Below the pieces are notes generated by a model. The model was not told the origin of the DNA and ran no database searches. It worked only from the letters and a program-made list of their open reading frames with translations. A stretch of 63,690 bases of DNA, counting the filler, from Folioceros fuciformis (Eukaryota), in assembly GCA_049999805.1 (NCBI GenBank). It is 13 parts of 13 records of this genome, joined end to end, with 100 filler letters (N's around TTAATTAATTAA, not from the genome) between each part and the next. Parts side by side here need not be neighbours in the genome. Positions count along the whole stretch, not along the records: positions 7,578 to 12,328 come from JBNGIO010004907.1; positions 12,429 to 22,709 come from JBNGIO010004908.1; positions 22,810 to 26,880 come from JBNGIO010004909.1; 10 more parts are not named here. One strand, given 5' to 3'. The position numbers and the translations under genes are program-made. This document shows, piece after piece, positions 11,066-23,719 of the stretch (the stretch's first letter is position 1; each line of letters opens with the position of its first letter).

Positions 11066-11265
11066 TCACATACCTACCAATCCCGCAACACATCCAGTCA
11101 GTAGGTAGGCACCATTCCTTCACTTGGAAGGGCCCCAATACCTCCCCCTACCAATTTCTACCTCCTAATCATGTACCTACCAATCCTGCAAACGTCTAAT
11201 CAGTAGGTAGGCACGATTTCTTCACTTGGAAGGGCCCCAATACCTCCCCTACTGATTTCTACCTC
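11066..11265. repeat. Two-copy ~105-bp tandem duplication
   Basis: TACCTACCAATCC...CAGTAGGTAGGCAC...TTCACTTGGAAGGGCCCCAATACCTCCCCTAC occurs twice in tandem. Confidence 0.75.
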
Positions 11266-11507
11266 CCTACACTCAATACCTTTTTCTCACAAGGCTTCCT
11301 ACAACACCTGCCTCAACCCACAATCTAGCTACTTGTCTCCCTACACCCAACGACCAAGTTTTCCTCCGAGCCTGCTCCGCTCCCTCCAACTGTGTTTATC
11401 GCTCACCTTCGACATTCAACCTTCCCTAGCGCATACCTTCAACACGTCCAGTCAGTAGGAAGGTGAAGGATCGCTAGAGGAGCCACATGGTGAAGGAGGA
11501 GAGGAGA

Positions 11508-11694
11508 AGTGGCTTCCCTCACGGTTCCCATTTAGAACAGAGCCACCGCCGCTGCTGCCGTGCTCCTCTTCTTCAGTGACTCGAGGACGAGTCCTCCACG
11601 CTGTGTCCATGCACCCTCCTCACCATGTCCAGGTTCCACTCCTACACGTTCCCTCGAATCCCCTCTTCTCTGGTTGGGCTCTTCAGTCGCTGGG
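11508..11694 (-). pseudogene. Fragment of the repeated TE accessory ORF (homologous to 46604..47177)
   Basis: Reverse strand reads QRLKSPTREEGIRGNV*EWNLDMVRRVHG...LVLESLKKRSTAA, matching 47170..47010. Confidence 0.8.
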
Positions 11695-12328
11695 TGAAGG
11701 ACCGCTAGAGGAGCTGCATGGTGAAGGAGGAGAGGAGAAAGAGAGGTAATACTCTTAGTGTCTCAATAGCAAGGGAGCTCAAGGGGGTATTTATACCCTC
11801 TAGAAAAGCTCCCTATGAAGCTTCACAAGAAGCGCACAAGAAGCTGCGCAAGAAGCTTTCTACATATTAGCTTAAGCTAATCTAAACTAATGATACTTAA
11901 CTAGACGCTAATCTTAGACTAATCACATTAGTCTAAGCACATTGGGCTTTAATAACCCTACAACCTCCCACTTAAAGGCCAATTTACCTTCATAGGAGAG
12001 TGGTCTACCTCATGCCCATGAGTGTACGAGCTTGTGCGAATTGCTCTGTAGAGAGCCTCTTGGTAAGAACATTACAAGTCTTGACTGGTGTGAACTCTGA
12101 CACGCTGTACCCTTTTGTCTTCCAACACCTCTCAAATGAAGTGATACTTCAGTTCCACATGTTTGGTCTTCGCATGAAACACTAGATTCTTCGCCAACTT
12201 GATAGCACTCTGGCTATCACAATGACCACTAGCAGCTCAACCTTGATCCCCTAATCTCCCACTAAACGAGCAAGCCACAATGCTTCCTTGCAAGCCTCAA
12301 TCGCTGCAACATACTCGGCCTCTGTGGT
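11695..12328 (-). mobile_element. Copia 3' end: RNase H remnant, PPT (11963-11973) and 3' LTR (11695-11962)
   Basis: TEAEYVAAIEACKEALWL...HCDSQSAIKLAKN...TKHVEL on the minus strand. The LTR is the reverse-complement homolog of LTR 38583-38870. Confidence 0.85.
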
Positions 12329-12428
12329 NNNNNNNNNNNNNNNNNNNNNNNNNNNNNNNNNNNNNNNNNNNNTTAATTAATTAANNNNNNNNNNNNNNNN
12401 NNNNNNNNNNNNNNNNNNNNNNNNNNNN

Positions 12429-13035
12429 TAAGAGGGAGTGTTGAAAGGGATAACCCTACACTGGTCAACTAACCGACTAGGTTAGGGTTCGGTGGATAGT
12501 ACTTCGAAACTATATTTAAAGATCCTTTTTTGTTCTTTATCTACACTTAATCATTTGGATAGTTTGTATGCTAATGCCTCTCGCCCTCCGGCTCTCGCTC
12601 CCCGCTGTCTACAAACTTAATACATGCAAGGACAAAGCATATTGACATTCAACGTCACTTTGTACGTGAGAAGGTGAAGTTATTGGAGGTTACCTTTGAA
12701 TATTGCAACAGTGAGGAAATGGCTGCAGATTTCTTAACCAAGGTAGTGAGTAAGTTCAAGTTTGAGAAATGCAAGGGACTACTTGGACTGAAGCAAACTC
12801 AAGTGCGCTGAGTGGGAGTGTTAAGCATGATTAATGTTGAGATTAATTAGTACTAATCTAGCTTATTGAGTTTGTACTAATTAGTGGTAAGAGTGATTAA
12901 GGTTATGATTAATATATATATAGCTTATTAGACTTTGTTATGTTAGGCAAAAAGGTATTGTAGGGTTTGGGGTCATTTATCCCATATTGCGCATGAAATG
13001 AGAGTGCCACCCATAGGTTCATAAAACAAGGGATT
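12429..13035 (+). mobile_element. Nested copia 3' ends: PPT and LTR from 12439, RNase H C-terminus (~12620-12810), PPT and LTR from 12819
   Basis: HARTKHIDIQRHFVREKV...MAADFLTK; GAGTGGGAG|TGTTAAGCATG. The LTR start matches 42711. Confidence 0.8.
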
Positions 13036-13331
13036 AAATAATAGAATAGTTAAATAATTGTTTGAACTTAGGAACGAGAATATGGGGTATGTAAGGGTCA
13101 GGGTTAGATGTCAGGTCTCGTTGGTTGATTGCATGATGATTGCATGATGGACTAAAAGACCGTGGAGGCCATGCCCTAACTACGGTAGGGACAGCAGCTA
13201 CTCCCATCCCTCTCTTCCTCCCTCCCTTCCTCCCTTCTCCTCCATTCTCCCTTTCTCCTCGCTTCCTTCTCAATCTCCCAATCCTGTTTCTTCCTTGGAT
13301 CCAAGTTTGCAGGCAGGGATGTCACTCAGGC

Positions 13332-16300
13332 TGTCAATGACGTTTTACAGAATGCGTGTATTTATTTACAGAATGCGTGTATTTATTAACAACACACGTT
13401 CAAGCTTCTTGGAGAGTTGCACTCAGACGTGCGTGCACGATGAAGTGTAGCAGTTAGAGATGGTTAGTTTGGTTTCTTGGCATGTAACCTAACTATGGTT
13501 ATAACAGTCTATGTAACCTAACTTAATAGATAAGGAACTATATTTATATATATTTATTATCTATCTATATAAACCTAACCTACGAGGGTGTGAACATTAA
13601 TCCTTCCAACACCCCCACTTGAGCTCCTTCGTAGTCTAGGGTTTCGTTGATGACTTTACCCCGCCTTCTTTCACTCTCCTGGCGACCGCTGCAAATCCTA
13701 ATTACGCTCGTCGCTTGGATTGATGGTTTGTTGACCAAGTTCATTACCGAGCTCGAAGTGTCGCGCGGCGCACTCTGCACAGACAACGGACCTCCACAGC
13801 ACCTGATCACACCTGCTCTTCTATCCTGCACAATTCACACGGAGGTATCTCTCTCACATTCTCCACCTCACAGCAACTGCTGCACTGTTTGGAAAGCTGG
13901 CCAGAAAAAGATGGTGTGCCGTCAGTCAGCTGATCACTCCCTGCAGGATCGAAGACCTAGTCTACTTGCATGTTTGTTATGCAGCTTCTTCGACAGTGCC
14001 TTCGTCAATAGATCAGTAAGGTTTTCTACTGTAGGAATGTACTGGATGCACATTTGACCATCTACTATGACTTCCCTTATGAAATGGTGATGGATTTCTA
14101 TATGCTTCGTCTTGGAATGAAATACTGGATTATGTGAGAGGGCTATCGCTCCCTGATTGTCATAATGGATCATTGTTGCCTCGATTTGTGCCATGCCCAC
14201 ATCAGCTACGTTCCTCCTGCACCAAATCACTTCCTTTGCAGCTACCGTGACTGCTTTATATTCCGCTTTTGTGCTGGAGGTAGAGATTGTGTTCTGCTTC
14301 TTGCTCATCCAACATATGGGACCACTAGCTAACATGAACACGAATGCAGACAGCGACTTCCTGCTATCCAAGTCTGACGCCCAATCCGAGTCTGAGAATC
14401 CTTCCAAGGTAAGCAGACTCCCTTCAGCTCCTGCATACGTAATGGGAGTTTGTTTTAAATACCTGAAGGTTCTTTTCACTTGACTCCAGTGTTCAGGACT
14501 TGGGTTTTCTAGGTACTGCGACTCCAAACTAACCGAGAATGCTATGTCTGGTCGAGAGACGTTTGCTAAGTAAATCAGTGTCCCCACTGCATGCCTGTAC
14601 AGAGTCCTTACCATCTCCTCTGTCTCTTCTGGTGTGGGGGGGAGTCTGACTCCGTGTGAGCTTTACACCAATAGCAAGCGGGGTAGCTGACCCATTCGCA
14701 TTTTCCAGGTTGAATTTCTTTAAGCTGTCTCGTACATACTTGTGTTGGCAAATGGTCAACTTCCTAACACTTCTCTCTTTACTTATCTCAATCCCCAGAC
14801 ACCAAGTGAGCTCTCCTAGCTCAGTCATCTCTATTCTTTCCTGAGGAGTACTTTGACCTTTTGCAACAGGCTGCACCTACCCTTGGTTGCAGACAAAACC
14901 AGGTCGTCAACATACAACAGCAGGATCAAAAATACTTCTCCTTCACTCATGACATACAAACCTGGGTCTGCAGTACCATGCTGGAAGCCCAGCTTTTTCA
15001 GGTAAGCGTCTATACGCTGGTTCCAAGCCCGTGGGCTTTACTTTAGCCCGTACAGGGTTTTTACCAACTTGCATACTAAGTGCTCCGTTCCAGGTTTGAT
15101 GTATCCCTCCGGCTACTCCATATACAACCTTCTTCAACTTTGCCGTGCGGGAAGGCCGTTTTCACGTCCATTTGCTCCAAATCAAGGTCCAAGTGTGCTG
15201 CTAGTGCCAGCACCATCCTCAAAGTTGTAAACTTTACAACCGGAGCAAAGATATCATTAAAATCCACTCCTAGAATCTGAGAGAATCCTCGGGCAACCAG
15301 CCATGCCTTGTACCTTTCTATGCTGCCATCAGCTTTCATTTTTCTCTTGAAGACCCACTTGCACGAAATCGGCTTTTGTCCTTTCGATAACTCAACCAGC
15401 ACCCAAGTTCCATTCTGAATTATTGATGCATATTCATCGTCGACAGCTCTCTTCCACTGTCTGGCTTCTGGCCCTGAGTACGCTTGTGTCAGTGATACAG
15501 GTTCAGTCGAGTCTATTGTGGCTGTCAGCAACGCTTGGAAAAAGGCATTCGAGGGCTGGGAATCTTCCAGGGTTTCTGCATTGTCACTTGACTGTTCATC
15601 TGCTAATTGTACACCCATTGAGAACTGCTCAGAGGTAACTGGAATGTCTGCAACTCTGGCCCTTGACCCTTTCACTTTTGCTTTAGACTTGTTCGTACGC
15701 CAGTCCTCCATCTCCAGCGAGGGTTCCTTCCAAGGAATGTTCCGACTTCTGAGATTGTAACCACTTCTTGGTTCAGCTGCAAGAGCTTCCTCCACTCTGG
15801 ATATTTCACCATCAAGCATGTCCTCATCTGCCTGCTGAGCCAAGCCAGAGTTGTCCACAGTGTTGTTGTCAACGTCAGCCTCTTCAGGTGCAAGAGTTCC
15901 TTCAGCCTGCTCGAAGTAGGATACTTCTGAATCTTGCATATATGCATGCTTCGCACAGAGACAAATCCCCCACTTGATCTGGAATCCCATCTGAATACAA
16001 TGTGCTTTTTGACATGGCCAGAAGCTTGCCACCATGAGGATGTCCACAACGTAAGTGCCAGACAGCCGCAACTTCCTCCGGAGACAAGTTACCCCCAAGG
16101 TCAGCAACATGCAGCTCAGGTAACTTGCTACTTGCTATGCTTAGCTGATAAATGTCATTAACAGGGTACCCTTCCGCAACAGCTACACGCGGATCCGTAC
16201 TTTGGACTATCGTGCACTTATCCTCTGTAAACAAAACTTGCATTGGCTGATCTGAAGTTAGTTTACGTACTGATAGCAGATTTTTCGTAACTGCAAGTAC

Positions 16301-16651
16301 ATACAGAATATCATCCAGCTCCAAGTTTCGGCCATGATGCAGCTGTAACCTGACTTTGCCAGTTCCAATGATAGGTAACGTGCTTTCATCTCCAACATCA
16401 CTGAATGTGCTTCACTGTACGGTGCATACTCACTAAAGCAAGCCTTATTGTGGCATATGTGCGCAGAGGCACCAGAATCAACGAACCAGTCTAAGGTTCG
16501 AGAGCAAGAAGTGGTAAGGCACACAGTCAGGATTACTTGTGCCGACTTCTTCTTTGGTGCACACAATGTATGTGCTTCAGGAGCTACAGCAGCACCTTCC
16601 TTCCTAGGCTCTTTGGCCTTCTTCTTGCGGCAATCACGGGCTTGGCCAAGT
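13332..16651 (-). mobile_element. Degenerate Ty1/copia lacking the integrase core (zinc-knuckle end, PR, GAG-pre-integrase, RT, RNase H, PPT 13612-13623, 3' LTR 13332-13611)
   Basis: WFVDSGASAH, WHLRCGHP...CEAC, QMDVKTAF, GFSDSDWA, KHIEIHHHFIRE; many frameshifts. Confidence 0.92.
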
Positions 16652-19600
16652 TGCCAGAATTCGCACGACAACAACTTTATTTATTCTTTCAGCTCTTAAG
16701 TACATGAACGTAGCAGTTGAACGGTTTTCAACTGAATCTCGAGAAATAACCGCTAATGCTAATTACCTCCTAACGAGCGACGAAACTAAACCCTAACTAA
16801 CTGGGTTTCTCACACTCCCTCTGTTTCTAGCCGTTAGGTTAGACCTAGTTATTTCTATCCAGAACGACCAGGCGTCAAAGTCCAAGTGCTGCTGTGTGCT
16901 TCTCATGCTTTGCTTTTGACATATCTTTCGTTAAAACGTCTGCCGGACTCTCCTCCGTCGGAATATAGTATAGCTGAACATCTCCCTTCTCGACCAGCTG
17001 CCGTATGTAATGAAATTTCAATTCTACATGCTTTGTTCTTGAATGAAAGATGGGATTCTGAGTCAACGCGATCGCTAACTGTGAATATGAGAATAGTTCT
17101 GTTGCTTCTTCATATTCCATTCCCATGCCTTGTGCAAATTGTCGATGACACACCACATCCTTAGCTGCTTCTGTACAAGCCGAATACTCAGCTTCCGCTG
17201 ACGACAAGCAAATCGTTTGCAGGCGTTTGCTGCTCCATGCGATTGCTGCTGAAGCCGCCATGATCACATAGGCCGCAGTTGAGCGCCGCTTCTCGAGGTC
17301 TCCCGCCCAATCACTGTCCGAGTACGCTCTTAAGCGCAGTCGATTCAAGTTGCCTTCATCTCGGTGTTCTGCTTTGTGTACAAGTCCAAATGATGCCGTC
17401 CCTTTGAGGTAACGCAGTACCCTCTTGACCGCCGTCGAGTGCTCATTGCCATAGGACTGGAAATGCTGACAAACTTGCGAGACGGCTTTGCTGATGTCTG
17501 GTCACGTGGACACTTGCAAGTGTCATAAGGATCCACAGGCATTCCTGTATGGAATCCGCTCCATGAGCTGCAGGTCTTCTTGCTTGAGCGGCAGAGGTAG
17601 TGGCACTAATCGTGCTGATGTTGACATCGGGGTTGCGCAGGGCTTTGCCATCTCCATGTTAAACTTCTCTAAAACTTGCTGTACATACCTTTCTTGGCTT
17701 ACAGTAATTGTGCCTGCAGCTCTGTCTCGTGTAACCCTCATTCCAAGGAAGGAATGAAGCTCTCCCATATCAGACATGGAAAATCTAGTTGATAGGATAT
17801 CCTTTGCCTTTTGCATAGTACCAGCACGGCTGTTGGACACAAAAATCGTGTCATCCACATAGAGTGCTAATAGTACAAATCCCTGAAGATCTCGGAGTAT
17901 GAACACATTGTTATCGGATGGATTTTGCTCAAATCCACACGCAAGCAGGTAGTCTCTAATACACTCGAACCACTTATTAGGGCTCTGCTTTAATCCATAT
18001 AGAGCTTTCCTCAACTTGCAAACCAAGTGTTCGTTCCCAGATCCAGGGTCATATCCTTGTGGAAGTTCCATGTAAATATCTTCCTGAATTCTTCCGTGTA
18101 GGAACGCACTTTGGACATCCATCTGATGGATGTCTAGGTTTTCTTGTGCAGCCAGTGCTATCAGATGTCGAACGGAGCTCAAACGTACAACAGGTGAGAA
18201 CGTTTCCAGGTAATCCTCACCTCGTTTTTGGCTGTAGCCTTTGACAACCAATCTGGCCTTCAAATTTTCCAAGCTGCCATCGGCCTTAAATTTCGTTTTG
18301 AAGACCTATTTTGTGGTTATTGGTTTTCTTCCCACAGGCAAGGGCACAAGCTCCCACGTTTCGTTCTTCAAAAGTGCGTCAAGCTCCTTGTCTATAGCTT
18401 GCTTCCAGCCCGTTGAGTTGGAGCTTGATATTGCTTCATCAAATGTTTGCGGGTCACTGCCCCTCTCAGCCTCTTCAGCAGCCGCATTTGTCTCGGCTAC
18501 CAGCTGATGTACATGATCATAGGTAAGTGGTGGCTCTTGCCACAACTCGCGTGGATTCCTGATTCTTTGTGAACGCCTGGGCTGTTGCTCATGTTGATGC
18601 TGACGAGGTCTCACTTTGCTGCTGCTCATGATCCTCTTGTGCTGTAGGCTATGGAGGTGTAGCATTACCTCCACCTGGATCAGGGGGATTTGCAGTAGGT
18701 GTAGGCGAGCTCACGTACCTTTGGGGTGTCAGCATTTCATGCTGACTAGGTGGAAATTCAGGTATATATGTTTCCACATATTCTGGATAGCGAGATACAT
18801 CTTGTTGATCAATTGCATCTGGTATGCCATCACTGCTCCCTCTGACTTGTGACCACATCAAGTCTTCCTTGAAAATCACGTTTCTCGCGTACGTGACCTT
18901 CCTTGTTCTGGGATCAATTAGTTTGAATCCCTTAACTCCATCAGCATATCCAATAAACATGAGCTGCTGCCCCTTTGGATCCCATTTCTGCCGTTTTTCA
19001 GGTGGTATATGTGCATAAGCGACGCAGCCAAATACTTTGAGATAACTGAGATCTGGCCTGCGTCCTGTCCATGCTTCAAATGGTGTCTTACCAATGAGCT
19101 TCTTTGTGGGAGGCCTGTTCTGAACGTGCGCAGCCACAAAGACTGCCTCTGCCCAATAGATTTTGGGAACGTTAGCTGCTTGCAACATGCATCTCGCAGA
19201 GTTATTGATGTCCTTGTTACGTTTTTCAGCAATATCGTTTTGTTGTGGCGTGTAAGCCATTGTGAAATGCCTTTGAATGCCGTTCTCTCTACGGTACTGC
19301 TCAAATTCGGACGAGGAGTATTCCCCACCATTATCTGAGCGTAAAACCTTTAGTAGCCGAAAGGTGTGCCTTTGAGCATAGTTAAGGTAATCACAGAACC
19401 TTGCAAACACTTCTGAACGTTTGCTCATGAAGTAGATGCACGTGAAATGACTATGATCATCTATAAACGTAACAAAATATCTCTTGCCTCCACATGAGGT
19501 ATTCTCCATTGGACCGCAGACATCTGTGTGCAGCAAAGCTAACAGATTTTGTGCTCTTGATAGGCTTCTGTTGTGTGGCTGCCGCTCCTGCTTCCCAAAG

Positions 19601-22600
19601 ATGCATGGCTCACAAAACTCTCGCACGTTAACAGGGAATTGTGGAACTCCAGTTACTAGCTCTCCTTCCACTATCTTCTTCAGCTTACGAAAAGACGGGT
19701 GACCAAGTCTATGGTGCCACAATGAATTGAAATTCATCTTCGTTAGTTTTACTTCTTATTGATTTTGGGCAATTGCTTTAGCATCTAGAAGAATGAGTCC
19801 TTTTTCAGGCTTCCCAGTTATGAGAACCTCTTCAGAAGCTGACTTCAAGACTATATATGTCATATCCTCCTCCATAAGAATTCGAGACATCTTCACTTGC
19901 CCTAGCGCTATTGTTGAGAGAAGATTTTTCGTTAAAGCTGGGACATATAGCACCGGGTTCAGAGTGAACCGCTTCCCAAAGGTAAGCTGCAACTCTACCA
20001 TCCCTTCTCCTAGAATAGGGCACACTGTATCATCTCCTAGTGCAACTCTTCTCAAGCAGTCATATTTAATGAAATCTTTGATTGTGCCAAAATCATAACA
20101 GAAATGATGTGAGGCTCCTGAGTCCAGGAACCAACACAAACTTTCGAATCTAGCTGCGGTACTGCAGGTTGCTATAAAACACCCAGGGGAGCTAGTTGGA
20201 GCTGTGTTGGAAGCTTTTGATGATGAGATCCCTCTCTTCTGGTCATCAAACTTCTTTTTCCTACATTCCTTCCAAAAGTGTCCGGGCTTCTTACAGTAAG
20301 AACACTTCCCGCTCTTTCTGTTTGTGTTATGAAATCCTTGGTTGTTCTGGTCTCGGTTTTGCCAGGGCTTTGATGACTTCTGGAATTTTCCCTTTGTGAA
20401 TAGTGCTCCTCCATCGCCTTGAGGATGAGAGTTAGATGCCATGCGCCTTGTAATCTCGTGCTGATACATTGCCGAGATTACCATGGCCACTGTTAAATTT
20501 GCCCGTCCCTGCTGCGAGGTAACGAACGCTGACTAGGTTGAAGGTAGAGATGCCAGTAATATCACTGCTGTGTGTTCATCACTGACTGTGGTGCCCAGCG
20601 TGGCCAGTCTAGATTGATTAATTCTAAACCGGGTCACGTGTTTCTCCACTATATCCTGGTCTTGCATCCTTAACTGATAAAATTGTTGGGTTGCCATAAC
20701 AAGCGCCAATGTATCCCTCGCAGCATAGGAGTCTTGTATTTGGTCCCAAGCCTCTTTCGATGTTGTGGTTGATAACATGTGATGCATCGTCTCAGTTGCA
20801 AGGCTTTGCATTAAAAGTGTTCTTGCCTTGCGATCATTCTTCTCCCAGTTCTCAATTGCCGTTGTTTCTGCTGCTGTTGGAGCTTGTGCGTTCACTAGTG
20901 CAGGTTTTGGAACCTGTCCTAACACATTTCCCCAGAGATCCTTGTCCAATAAAATAGACTTCATCCTTGTTGACCAAATTTCAAAGTCGTTTCCTACAAA
21001 CCTATCCTTCTCTTTAAAGTCAAATGTAGTGTAATTATTGACCGTTGTCTGATGAGCCATGGAAGGACGCTTTGGAGGAACTTTAATCTTATGCCGCTTT
21101 GGTTTGGGAGGCAAGGGTGGAGGTGTGGGAACGCTTGATTGACCTAATGACATACACGCCTATAGGGCTAGGCATGTATCAGGCTGCCTTGTTCCTACCA
21201 TCTCACCCCTAGTATAAGATTCTTGGGCTTGTTTGTCAGATCTTCTACACGCCACAATAAGGTCGCACGACTATGCTCTCTTCTCGAATTTGCAGCCTCA
21301 GACTCAAAAAGTATTTCTTGAATAGAGTTTGCGTATGGTTTAAAGCTCCTTCCGGTGCAGTGCGTCTGCACTGGTGGGGAGGTTGATTCTGAAATTGGTC
21401 GTGTGACCAGTGTGCAGGGCTGCTTGCTGTCTCAAAAGGGTTTCCTCTTGGAACTAAGTTTCTGCCCTCCCTTGCGTACCACACTCGCCATTGAGGTGCT
21501 CTTCCTAGCCCGTAGCAGCTCCTCAGGTTCCCATTGCGAGCTCTCCAGGTCCATACTGCTGTCCTCTTGAAAGTCTGTTGGTAGAGGCACTGTCTCCAAG
21601 GCCTCACGGTCGTCATCATGTGGCCCAAGATACCTTCGCCTTGCCAATGCTGCCAGTTCCTTGTGATGAGCAAGTAGACGTTGGTGTAGGTGGAGGTTGC
21701 AATTCTGTTGAGCTAGATCTATGGTATCCATGTCAACAACCCAATCCCCACCCTCGCATCTACTCTTGTAGATATCCCGTTCAGCCTCCATCGTCCCTAC
21801 CTTCAATTGTGGGTCAAGGTTTTCTTGATGAGTTGCATGAAGCTTGGTCATGCACCCCGTCAAGTAGGCATAGTTAGCACGAAACCTACGAGCTTGAACC
21901 ACCAGCATCCTGTGAATCTTGGTCTGATGCTCAGCTTCTTGTTGTGCTTTCTCCTGCTAAAGGTCTTCTAATTGGATGGTCAATTGTTCCCTCTCCACTC
22001 GCTCTCGTTGCCCCGCTTCAAGTCGTTGCTGGAGTTCTTGGTTCGCTTTAGCATTTTGTGCCTCCAACTCATCTAGCTTGCCTTGTAAATCCTTTGCAAC
22101 GTAGACTTGTTCCCGTAGCTGTTCCTCCACCACCTTCCTAGTTTCCTCAGACTGGGCGAGGTCCCTTCGACATGCAATGATCTCATGTGATAAACCTTGT
22201 TAGGAAGTTTGCAACGTGGTCATCTGCTGGGTCAACTTCTCCAATCCTTGCCTTTGCTCACCATCCTTGAGGAGATACTGTTCTCGCTCCTTTTCCAATT
22301 CCTGCACTTTGGATTCTAGTTGTGCCTGGTTTGCATCCGACTTATGTCCTCCTGTAGTAGGGTTGCAATCATTGCACCGGCCTCTCCCCAATTGATGTGT
22401 TATAGGTGTTGGCCACACTGAATGATGTTGCTCCACACTCCCAACGAAGTATCGTTACCTTGGCTTGTGGCGTGTGCTCCTTGAGCTGCATCCCAATTCA
22501 CTGGGCTCCTTCTCCCCAAATCTGGTGCTCCACTATGTGCTTGCACTACTGGTGTCATCGCCAAATCCCCTACCTCGTACCCTACCTCAACTATTGGCTG

Positions 22601-22709
22601 GCTTGGTCCAGGATCCCTCACTGTGTCCATCTCAGTTGGGGCGGAATCTAGGGCTGCGGGGATGGTGACTGATGGTAGCCTTCGGTCCCTTTGCTGCTCC
22701 CTAGGTCTC
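16652..22709 (-). mobile_element. Near-complete Ty1/copia element B (gag-PR-INT-RT-RH 21153..16875, PPT 16815-16823, 3' LTR 16652-16814) with a long upstream coiled-coil ORF
   Basis: CSYCKKPGHFWKEC, FLDSGASHH, WHHRLGH/CEPC, HTDVCGP...RSDNGGEY, QMDVQSAFL, LYVDD, YSDSDWAG. Inserted into the zinc knuckle of the neighbouring element; premature stops at 20533, 19756 and 18306. Confidence 0.95.
21432..22630 (-). pseudogene. Coiled-coil ORF of unknown function upstream of gag of element B
   Basis: ORFs 22200..22436 and 21432..21908 are in one frame, separated by two single-codon stops; the sequence is Q/E/L-rich and heptad-like. Confidence 0.6.
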
Positions 22710-22809
22710 NNNNNNNNNNNNNNNNNNNNNNNNNNNNNNNNNNNNNNNNNNNNTTAATTAATTAANNNNNNNNNNNNNNNNNNNNNNNNNNNNNNNNNNN
22801 NNNNNNNNN

Positions 22810-23719
22810 TTACATGCATCAGCCTGAAGGTTTTGTTATAGACGAGGAGAAAGTTTGCCTATTGCTCAAGACACTTTATGGCCTGAAACAATCCAGCCGA
22901 GCTTGGAATGAAACGTCTCATTCTCTGCTGATAGAATTGGATTTTACCTGCTTGGATGTTGATAGTACTGTCTACATATTATGGGATGGAGATGACTTTC
23001 TTATTATATCCGTTTATGTGGACGACAACTTCCTTTTCAGTACTTCCTTGGCGTTGATGGCCAGAATCAAAAGTGTTCTTTTACCTCGTTTTGACATGAC
23101 CGACCTTGGGCAATTGTGTTTTTCTCTTGGTGTTCAGTTCCAGTTTTCTCAAGATAGACATACAGTTGAGTTGCATCAGGAGCACTTTGTCACTCAGCTA
23201 CTTCAGAAGTTCAACATGGCTGAGGCACGCCCTGTGTCAACACCTATGTCAACAAGTGAGAAGCTATCCAAGGAACACTGCCCAACTACACAAGAAGAGA
23301 AGGACTTGATGGCCACTCGCCCATACAGGCAGGCAGTTGGTAGTCTTCTATATCTAGCATCTTGGACAAGGATGGATATATCCAGGGCTGTAAGCAATGT
23401 TTCTCAATTTTTAGAGAACCCGGGAGAGGTGCACTGGGCAGCAGTTAAGAGAATATTCCGTTATCTTAAGGGAACTCCTCGTTTAGGCCTGAAGTATACC
23501 AAGCAAGCTACTGGAATGGAGCTAGTTGGATTTTGCGATGCGGATTGGGCTGGTGATCCGGATTCAAGAAGGAGCATAGTAGCTTATTGTAACCTGTTGG
23601 GTGGCTCAGTGGTATCCTGGTCGAGCAAGAAGCTTACGACCATTTGTCTATCATCCACTGAATCTGAGTATGGAGCATTGTCTCAAGCTGCCCGTGAAGT
23701 CATTTGGTTACGTTCATAG
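22810..23719 (+). mobile_element. Copia RT-RNase H fragment
   Basis: LYGLKQSSRAW, VYVDD, GFCDADWAGD, STESEY. Confidence 0.93.
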
